From Betaproteobacteria bacterium (lineage in GTDB: Bacteria; Pseudomonadota; Gammaproteobacteria; Burkholderiales; SG8-41), in contig JAQGMV010000106.1 of NCBI GenBank assembly GCA_028292225.1, forward strand, positions 16,494 to 80,493: 64,000 bases of DNA, written 5' to 3'. A model generated the notes under the pieces. That model did no database searches. It was not told the DNA's origin and was given only the letters and a program-made list of their open reading frames with translations. Position 1 is the stretch's first letter; every line of letters starts with the position of its first letter. A program made the position numbers and the translations under genes. This document shows, piece by piece, positions 29,201 to 36,590 of this stretch.

Positions 29201-30128
29201 GCTCCTCGCGCGTGTAACCGAGCATGTCGCACAGCTTCTGGTTGACCATGAGATAGCGCCGGTCCAGCGACGCGTTCGCGATGCCGACCGCTGCCTGCTC
29301 GAACGTGGCGCGAAAGCGCTCCTCGGCGGCTTTGCGCTCCGAGATGTCGAGGGCCATCGCGACGAAATAATCGACCTCGCCTGTCGTTTTTCGAACCGCC
29401 GACACCGCGACCTCCACCCAGAGGATGCCGCCCATCTTGGTGAGATAGCGCTTCTCGATCGACGCGGTGCGATCGCACGTGGGATCGGACATCAACGCCT
29501 CGTGCCAGCGCATGCTTGCCGCGTGGTCGTCGGGGTGCAGGATGTCGAGCACCCCGCGCCCGCGCAGCTCTTCCCGCGTATAACCGAGCATGCTGCAAAA
29601 ACGCCTGTTCACTTCGATGAACTTCCAGTCGGTCGTCGCGTGCGCGATACCCGCGCCGGCCTGGTCGAAAGTGGCGCGATAGCGCTCCTCGTGCCGCGCC
29701 TCGCTTGCGCGCATCTCGTCGGCGCTGAGCCGGACCGCTCTGCGCAGACGCCGGCGCTCCATGGCGGAGGCGATCGACGGGACCAGCCGGGTGAGCCGGT
29801 CCTTCAGCAGGTAATCGTCGGCGCCCTGCTGCATCGCCTGGACGGCGTGATCTTCCCCGATCGCGCCGGACACGATGATGAAAGGCACGTCGAGCCCGGC
29901 GGCGTTGAACAGCTCGAGCGCGCGTGTCGAATTGAACGCGGGCAGCGCGTGATCGCACAGCACGAGGTCGGGACACGCATTCAGCGCGGTGACGAAGCCG
30001 GCCTCGCCGTCTACGCAGGTCGAGTCGACGGTACAGCCCTCCGCCTGAAGCGTCGACAGAATCAGTTCGGCATCGCGTACGTTGTCTTCGACGAGCAACA
30101 GGCGGACAGGCGAAACGTCGATGCTCAT
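26247..30128 (-). CDS. REC-PAS-PAS-GAF-PAS-GGDEF-EAL-REC multidomain c-di-GMP turnover protein (1293 aa)
   Basis: N-terminal REC ([23 protein letters not shown]). Repeated PAS blocks ([48 protein letters not shown]). GAF-like block ([19 protein letters not shown]). GGDEF domain (RGAD I-site then [11 protein letters not shown]). EAL domain ([32 protein letters not shown]). C-terminal REC ([33 protein letters not shown]). I placed the start at ATG 30128 ([12 protein letters not shown]); the track ORF extends to 30353. Confidence 0.9.
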   Translation of the reverse strand: [1293 protein letters not shown]

Positions 30129-30261
30129 GAGGGAGAAGCTCGCATGGTCTATAACGCGGGGGCACGTCGCTGGCGCACGTTCTATGAATAGTGGGGGATC
30201 ATAGTGAGCCGCATCGCCCGCGCCTATCGGGATGCCCCTGAAGGAGGGGCTGCCAAATACC

Positions 30262-32367
30262 TTAAGCCGGCGCGGAATGAAGGAGAGGCAGGACCAGACT
30301 GATCTCGGTGCCGAGCTCCTTTGATGACACGATCTCGATCCGTCCGCCGGCAAGCGCCACCCGCTGCTTCATGTCGGCGATGCCTGCTCCCGACAGACTC
30401 GCGCACACGGCCGCGACATCGAAGCCTGCGCCGTCGTCGACGAGGGTCAGCTCCAGCTCCCCCGCGCTGACCGTGAGCTCGACCCAGACATTGCGCGCAC
30501 CTGCGTGCGCGACGACGTTCGCGAGCGCCTTCTGCGCAATGCGAAAACAGTTCGCCTCGAGATCCGGGCGCAGCCGCGTGGCGCCGAGCGACGAACGAAA
30601 ATGCGCGGCGAGTCCGCTCCTCGCGCTCTCGCGCTCGACGCACGCGCGTAGCGCGGCTTCGAGCCCGAGCTCGGTGAGCTGCGGCGGGCGCAGATCGACC
30701 GACAGCGCGCGCACGCGCTGCAGGGCCGCGTCGGCAATGTGCAGGGACTCTTTGAGCTGCGGGCTCGGCATGCGCCGGTGCACCGACTGCACGTTCATCT
30801 TGATCGCGGCGAGCGACTGGCAGAGCTCGTCGTGCAGCTCGTAGGCCACGGTGTGGCGCTCGGCTTCCTGAGTCTCGAGGAGGCGCACCGAGAGCGCCTG
30901 CAGCCGTTCGTTCGCCGCCTCCAGCGCGTGCTGCGTCCTGAGGCGCTCGCCGATGTCGCGCGCGACCTTCGACGCCCCGACGATTTCCCCCGATGCATCC
31001 CTGATCGGGGAGATCGTGACCGAGACGTCGATCAGGCGGCCGTCGCGAGTCACACGCACCGTGTCGAAGTGGGCGATGCGCTCGCCGCGGCTGATGCGAC
31101 TCTGAATATGTTCTTCCTCGCCGCTGCGCTCCGGCGGAATCAGGCGCGTGATCGAAGTGCCGACCATATCGTGCGCCGGATAGCCGAAAAGCCGCTCGGC
31201 GCCCGGGTTCCAGCTCGTGACGATGCCTTTCAGATCCTTGCCGACGATCGCATCGTCGGACGAATCGACGATGGCGCCGAGGCGCGCGCTCGCGGCGTCT
31301 CGCGCCTGCAGCGCCTGCGCCATATCGTCGAAAGCTGCGGCGAGCTCGCCGAGCTCCCCCGCCGCGCGAGCACTGCCGCTGCGCGCCGCAAACTCCCCCC
31401 GGGCCAATCGCCGCGCGGCGGAGGCCAGCCGCTGCACCGGGCGCAGCACGAACGCGTTGCCGCCGAACACCGCAGCCGCAAGCGATAGCACGATGACTGC
31501 GGCGAGGCCGCCGAGGTTGCGCGCGAGCTCGCGGTAGGCCGCCTGGAGCATGTCCGTGCGCGGGATCCCGATCGCAGTGAACAACGCGGGGCCCGACGCC
31601 GTGTTGAGCATGGTGTAGGAGTACACGCGGTCGATACCGTCGATGGCCGAGGCCTGCACCGTGCCCGATACGCCGCGCGACGCCGCGTCGAGCAGCGGAC
31701 CCGCCTGGAGCTTCTGGCCGACGAGGTAAGCCTTGTCGGGGTAGGCGCTCAGAACGACCCCGTGCCGGTCGGTGGTGAGGAGCATCGCGCTCGCGGGCAG
31801 CGCGATCTCCCTTGCAAGGCGCTCGAACTCGTCCATGCGCACCGAGGCGAATATGACCGCGCTCACGCGTCCGCCGTCGTCGAGGACGGGATACGCGACA
31901 CTGAAGGACGGCCGACCGGTCGCGCGCCCGATCTGATACTCCCCGACGGTGAACTCACGCGCCTGAAGTGCGCGGGTGAAATACGAGCGGTCAGCGATGT
32001 TCAGCATGCGCCCGGACTTGCGCGAGTGACAGCGCACGTCGCCGTCGGTCGTGGCCACGCCGAATACGCCGTACCACGAGTATTGGGCGATGAGCTCTGC
32101 GAGATACTCCCCGCAGGCATCCGAGACGTCGTTGCGAACGACCCCGGTGTGCGAGAGCGCGACGAGCAGGTGGTGCGTGCCTTCGAGGAGCCGCGCCTGC
32201 TGCATGGCCACGAGCCTCATCAGGCGCGCGTTGTCGTCGCGCTGCGCCCTCACCAGCGCCTCGTGCTCTCCGGACGCGTTGTACAGGATCAACGCGGCTG
32301 CGGGAACGAGTGCGAGCAGCACGAGGAGCACGAGCCTGGCGCGCAGGCCGCCGAAGTGGATAGGCAT
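30262..32367 (-). CDS. sensor histidine kinase (Cache-like periplasmic domain, HAMP, PAS, HisKA_3, HATPase_c)
   Basis: TM1 LVLLVLLALVPAAALIL. Cache-like block IADRSYFTRALQAREFTVGEYQIGRATGRPSFSVAYPVLDD. A second TM and HAMP (LRPVQRLASAARRLARGEF...ELGELAAAFDDMAQAL). PAS domain (IVDSSDDAIVGKDLKGIVTSWNPGAERLFGY). NarX-type H-box YELHDELCQSLAAIK. Confidence 0.88.
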   Translation of the reverse strand: MPIHFGGLRARLVLLVLLALVPAAALILYNASGEHEALVRAQRDDNARLMRLVAMQQARLLEGTHHLLVALSHTGVVRNDVSDACGEYLAELIAQYSWYGVFGVATTDGDVRCHSRKSGRMLNIADRSYFTRALQAREFTVGEYQIGRATGRPSFSVAYPVLDDGGRVSAVIFASVRMDEFERLAREIALPASAMLLTTDRHGVVLSAYPDKAYLVGQKLQAGPLLDAASRGVSGTVQASAIDGIDRVYSYTMLNTASGPALFTAIGIPRTDMLQAAYRELARNLGGLAAVIVLSLAAAVFGGNAFVLRPVQRLASAARRLARGEFAARSGSARAAGELGELAAAFDDMAQALQARDAASARLGAIVDSSDDAIVGKDLKGIVTSWNPGAERLFGYPAHDMVGTSITRLIPPERSGEEEHIQSRISRGERIAHFDTVRVTRDGRLIDVSVTISPIRDASGEIVGASKVARDIGERLRTQHALEAANERLQALSVRLLETQEAERHTVAYELHDELCQSLAAIKMNVQSVHRRMPSPQLKESLHIADAALQRVRALSVDLRPPQLTELGLEAALRACVERESARSGLAAHFRSSLGATRLRPDLEANCFRIAQKALANVVAHAGARNVWVELTVSAGELELTLVDDGAGFDVAAVCASLSGAGIADMKQRVALAGGRIEIVSSKELGTEISLVLPLLHSAPA

Positions 32368-32469
32368 GCGGCAAGCTTAGGCAGTGCGGGTGTGCGCGCA
32401 CAATCGGGCGATACCCGAGGCGGCGCCTGGAAAAACCTTAAGCGTGCCGCCGTGCAGCGCCGTCAGGCG

Positions 32470-33111
32470 CTAGATGCCGATCAAACCCTCGCGTATCGCA
32501 TAGCGCACGAGGCCCGGGATATCGTTGATGCCGAGCCGCTCCATGAGCTGCATCCGATGCGTCTCGACCGTTTTGACGCTGACCAGGAGGCGGTGCGCGA
32601 TCTCCTTGGTGCTGTGACCCTGCGCAATGTGCAACAGGACTTCGCGCTGCCTCGGCGTGAGCGGCTGATCGGTTTTTTTCGCATCGCGGCCGAGATAGTC
32701 GTGGATGACCTGTGTCGACACCGCCGGGCTCAGGTAGGTGTCGCCGCGAAGCACCGCGCGCAGCGCGAGCTCGAGCTCCAGCGGCGCCGCGTCCTTGAGC
32801 AGATACGCCGAAGCGCCCGCTCTGAGCGCCTGGGTCACGTACTCCCTGCTGTTGTGCATGCTGAGGATGACGATCCGGATACGCGGGTCGCGCTCGCGGA
32901 TGCGGGCTGTCGCCTCGAGCCCGTTCAGCGCTTGCATCGCGATGTCCATGATGACGATGTCGGGCCGGTGCTCCTGCGCCAGGGTGACGGCTTGCGCGCC
33001 GTCCGCGGCTTCGGCCACGACCTCCATGTCCGGCGCATCGCCGAGCAGCGCGCGCAGGCCCGCGCGAACGATCGCATGATCGTCGACGAGCAGGATGCGT
33101 GCTCGGGTCAT
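32470..33111 (-). CDS. NarL/FixJ-family response regulator (REC + LuxR HTH)
   Basis: MTRARILLVDDHAIVRAGL, acceptor in DIVIMDIAM, ILSMH, YLLKDA. The C-terminal HTH is LTPRQREVLLHIAQGHSTKEIAHRLLVSVKTVETHR. ATG 33111 overlaps the upstream kinase stop (ATGA at 33108-33111). The track ORF (to 33507) is over-extended. Confidence 0.92.
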   Translation of the reverse strand: MTRARILLVDDHAIVRAGLRALLGDAPDMEVVAEAADGAQAVTLAQEHRPDIVIMDIAMQALNGLEATARIRERDPRIRIVILSMHNSREYVTQALRAGASAYLLKDAAPLELELALRAVLRGDTYLSPAVSTQVIHDYLGRDAKKTDQPLTPRQREVLLHIAQGHSTKEIAHRLLVSVKTVETHRMQLMERLGINDIPGLVRYAIREGLIGI

Positions 33112-34181
33112 TCTGCCCTTCCCCCCTGCACTGCCAGAGGAAACGACGCCGTGACGGCGGTGCCTGCCGGGGTTCGCCGGGCGATCGAGATGCGGCCTGC
33201 GGCGAGGAGCGTGCGCTCGTGCATCCCGAGCAGGCCGAGGCTTGCGCCGCCGACGGCGCGTGCGTGGGCCTGCGCAACGTCGAAGCCGGTCCCGTTGTCT
33301 TCGATGGTGAGCTCGAGCGTGCCGTCCCTGCAGCAGAGCTGGACCCACACGTCCTCGGCACCCGCATGGCGCAGCACGTTGGTGAGCGTCTCCTGGGCGA
33401 CGCGAAAGCACGCGATCTCCAGCTCGGGCCGAAGACGCCGCGGGACCCCGTGCGTGTGAAAATGCGCCGCGACGCCCGAGGCATCGCACTGGTGCCTGAT
33501 CAGCCACCCGATCGCAGCCTCGAGCCCGAGGTCGTCGAGGTGGGGCGGCCGCAGGTTCAGCGAGAGGCCGCGCACCTGGTCGAGCGCGCGCGCCGCAATC
33601 GTGGCGCAGTCGTCGATGTCCGCGCCGAACGCGGCATCGGTAATCTTGCGGCGCAGGCGCTGCAATCCGATCTTGACCGCGGTCAGCGCCTGCCCGATCT
33701 CGTCGTGCAGCTCATGCGCGATGCGCCGGCGCTCGGTCTCCTGCACCTGGAGAACGCGTCCGGCGAGACCCTGCGCGCGGCGGTTGGCGATCAGCAGCGC
33801 CTCGTCCGCGCGCTTGCGTTCGGTCAAGTCCTGAGCCGTGCCGTACATGCGGCCCGCAACACCGGGCGTCGCGTCCCAGGCACCGCGTCCGAGCAGCGGT
33901 ATCGTCGTCGAGTCGGGGCGCATCACACGGTATTCGCACGTGAAACTCTCATGTGTCGCGCGGCAGAGCGCCACCGCGCTTTCGAGAGCGCTCACGTCGT
34001 CGGGATGAACGCGCTCCAGCAGCCCGCGTAAGGTCGGCGTGAAGGTTTCAGGCGTCACGTCGAAGATGCGGTAATGCTCGTCCGACCATGTGAGCCGGTC
34101 GCGGCCGATGTCCCATTCCCAGCTCCCCACGCGCGTGAGGTCCTGAGTGAGGCGCAGGTGCTTTTCGAAATCGAGGGTCAT
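33108..34181 (-). CDS. cytoplasmic PAS-HisKA_3 histidine kinase
   Basis: PAS domain (VGSWEWDIGRDRLTWSDEHYRIFD, VHPDDV), H-box HELHDEIGQALTAVK, and HATPase motifs (AQETLTNVLRHAGA, IEDNGTGFD, GLLGMHER). No TM segment. Confidence 0.88.
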   Translation of the reverse strand: MTLDFEKHLRLTQDLTRVGSWEWDIGRDRLTWSDEHYRIFDVTPETFTPTLRGLLERVHPDDVSALESAVALCRATHESFTCEYRVMRPDSTTIPLLGRGAWDATPGVAGRMYGTAQDLTERKRADEALLIANRRAQGLAGRVLQVQETERRRIAHELHDEIGQALTAVKIGLQRLRRKITDAAFGADIDDCATIAARALDQVRGLSLNLRPPHLDDLGLEAAIGWLIRHQCDASGVAAHFHTHGVPRRLRPELEIACFRVAQETLTNVLRHAGAEDVWVQLCCRDGTLELTIEDNGTGFDVAQAHARAVGGASLGLLGMHERTLLAAGRISIARRTPAGTAVTASFPLAVQGGRAE

Positions 34182-34363
34182 GCGGCGGCTTTTGCACGGC
34201 GGTGCCGGAATCTAGGCGCTATCGCCGGCCCCGTCTGTCGGGAGTGTTTGACGCCGGGCAAGACCGGGTGCGATCGATGCAGACGCCATGACTTTTTATA
34301 TTCGGGGAACACGCATGCGCACCTCCACAACCCCACGGTTTCCGGCCCGCGAGTCTCCCGCGA

Positions 34364-34651
34364 CTCGAGGTCGCACGATCGGAAGGCAGCGTCCTCGACG
34401 ACACCGCAGGCCGCAGGTACATCGACTTCGTCGTGGGCGGGTGCGTCGGCACTTCGGCTGGCGCAACGCACCAGCGCGCAAGGCTATCGCACGCTACACA
34501 GGCCCCGACTGCGTCTATCCCGGTTATACGTGCGCCGCGGGGGCGCAGCTTGCGGAGCTTCTCGTCGAACTCGCACCGGGCGAGCGAAGTGGCCACCGGC
34601 TTCGGCCGCACCGGCAGGCTCTTCGCGTGCGAGTATTACGGTATCGTGTGA
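34364..34651 (+). pseudogene. decayed class-III (BioA/omega-type) aminotransferase fragment
   Basis: One frame reads LEVARSEGSVLDDTAGRRYIDFVVGG (N-terminal signature of class-III aminotransferases) and ends ATGFGRTGRLFACEYYGIV-stop (the DEIxTGFGRTGKxFAxEH box). A shifted frame gives YPGYTCAAGAQLAELLVELAPGE. About 130 aa between the boxes and the whole C-terminal half are missing. Confidence 0.6.
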
Positions 34652-34734
34652 ACCGGCCTGCCGGACCGGCAGCGCTGTAGGGAGAGTTTGACAGTTGCGC
34701 CGGGCGGCCTCGCCATCGCCCGAACGGCGCACTC

Positions 34735-36570
34735 GTGCGTGTGACAATATGCGATTCGCATCTGCGACCGCAGCTCTGTCGCTCGTTCGTGTCCGCGCGC
34801 TCCCTCGTCAATCGATTGCTTCCCTTCGACCCTCTGCCCCGCGCCACCATACGAAGCCGGCTCATCGCGCTCGTGCTCGCGATCGCGCTGCCGCTGCTCG
34901 CCTTCGCAGGATTTCTCATCCACTCCAACGCCGCGCAGAGCCGCCGCGTGGCCGAGTTCTCGGCGCTCGCGATCGCCCGCGACGTCGCCGGCGCGACCGA
35001 CGAATTCCTCGATGCCTCGGCGAAAGTGCTGCCGCGGCTCGCCGGCCGCACCCGCTTCACCGACAAGGGACACATCGAGTGCGATCCGCTGCTGCCGGAG
35101 TTCCACGCGGTGCTGCCGAGGATCGTGAACATCATCGTCGTCGATCGCGAAGGCACTCTGGTGTGCAGCGCGATCCCTTTTCCTGGCGGACGTTTCGAGT
35201 CGGCAGCGAACGAGCCCTGGTTCAAGGCGACGCTGAAGGAACGCAGGAGCTTTCTGAGCCCGCCTCGCATCGGCAAGATCAGCGGGAAGTGGATCAGCAG
35301 CTTCACCTACCCGATCTTCGACACGACCGGCGAGCCGCGAGGCGTGATGACTCTTGCGATCGACCTCGTGAAGTTCGAGCCGGTGATGCGCGCGCTCGCA
35401 CTGCCGCCGGGTGCGATCGCCGGCATCATCGACGAGCACGGCACCGTCGTCGCGCGATCGATCGATGCGGAAAAATGGATAGGCGGCCGGATCGGCGTCC
35501 CGATGAGTCAGGTCATCGCACCGGACGCGCCCACCGGGCAGGTCCAGACCGCGGGACTCGACGGCGTCGAGCGCTTCCATGCGCTCGTGCGCATCCCGCA
35601 GACGTCGTGGATCGCCTACGCAGGCATCCCGGCAGGCCCGCTCGCACAGCAGGAAAGGCAAAGCCGCCTCGCGCTCTACGCGGCTACGGTTCTCGTGCTG
35701 CTCGCCGCGGGCGCTCTCGCGCTCGCGCTCGGCCGGCGTATCACCCTGCCGATGCGCGCGATGGCTGACGTCGCGCGCGCGGTCGCAGCCGGCAACACCG
35801 GGCGCCGGGCGCCCGTTGTCGGGCCGATCGAAATCCGGGAAGTCGCCACCGAGTTCAACCACATGATCGAGGTGAGGCAGCAGTCGGAATCGCACCTGCG
35901 CGAGCTCGCGACGCGCCTTCGCACGCTCTCGCGGCGCCTCATCGAAGTGGAAGAAGCCGAGCGCCGTGCGATCAATCGCGAGTTGCACGACCGTATCGGC
36001 CAGAACCTCGCGGTGCTCAACCTCAATCTCGAGATCGTTCGCGGGCAGTTGCCCGCCGACGTGTCCGCTGACGTGAACACGCGGCTGGCCGACGCGCGCG
36101 GCCTGCTCGAGCGCACCGTGGCGCACGTGCGCGACGTCATGTCCGACTTGAGGCCTGCGGCCCTCGACGAATACGGCCTCGACGCCGCACTGGGGATTTA
36201 CGTCGAAGCGTTCAGCGCAAGAACCGGCGTGGCGGTGATCTACGGCGCAGAGCCCGTCGCGCCGCGGCTGCCGATGATGATGGAGACCGCGCTGTTTCGC
36301 ATCGCCCAGGGGGCGCTCGTGAACGTTGCAAAGCACGCGCACGCGCAGCACGTGGAGCTTACGCTCGTCGCGACCCCGGATCGCGTGGTGTTGACGGTAT
36401 CCGACGACGGCATAGGCTTCGCTTCCGAAGCGGCCGGCGAAGCGCACGCGCACTGGGGCCTGGCGACGATGCGCGAGCGCGCCGAGGCGATCGGAGCGGT
36501 CATCCGCATCGAGTCGGCGCCGCACGAGGGCACGCGCGTGACCGTGGACGTCCCGCGACCCGCGCTTTGA
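34735..36570 (+). CDS. sensor histidine kinase (Cache-like domain, HAMP, HisKA_3, HATPase_c)
   Basis: TM LIALVLAIALPLLAFAGFLI. Cache-like block IVVDREGTLVCSAIPFPG...WFKATLKERRSFLSPPRIGKISGKWISSFTYPIFD. HAMP (RRITLPMRAMADVARAVAAGN...EVATEFNHMIE). H-box RELHDRIGQNLAVLN. HATPase (AQGALVNVAKHAHA, VSDDGIGF). The track start is GTG and is uncertain. Confidence 0.85.
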   Translation: MRVTICDSHLRPQLCRSFVSARSLVNRLLPFDPLPRATIRSRLIALVLAIALPLLAFAGFLIHSNAAQSRRVAEFSALAIARDVAGATDEFLDASAKVLPRLAGRTRFTDKGHIECDPLLPEFHAVLPRIVNIIVVDREGTLVCSAIPFPGGRFESAANEPWFKATLKERRSFLSPPRIGKISGKWISSFTYPIFDTTGEPRGVMTLAIDLVKFEPVMRALALPPGAIAGIIDEHGTVVARSIDAEKWIGGRIGVPMSQVIAPDAPTGQVQTAGLDGVERFHALVRIPQTSWIAYAGIPAGPLAQQERQSRLALYAATVLVLLAAGALALALGRRITLPMRAMADVARAVAAGNTGRRAPVVGPIEIREVATEFNHMIEVRQQSESHLRELATRLRTLSRRLIEVEEAERRAINRELHDRIGQNLAVLNLNLEIVRGQLPADVSADVNTRLADARGLLERTVAHVRDVMSDLRPAALDEYGLDAALGIYVEAFSARTGVAVIYGAEPVAPRLPMMMETALFRIAQGALVNVAKHAHAQHVELTLVATPDRVVLTVSDDGIGFASEAAGEAHAHWGLATMRERAEAIGAVIRIESAPHEGTRVTVDVPRPAL

Positions 36571-36590
36571 CTCGCGTGCCGCGTGAGTGC

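Noticed and set aside
34074-34747. Several 60-200-aa ORFs on both strands between the two kinase genes.
   Set aside because: They are best explained as frames crossing the decayed aminotransferase relic. None has an intact domain.
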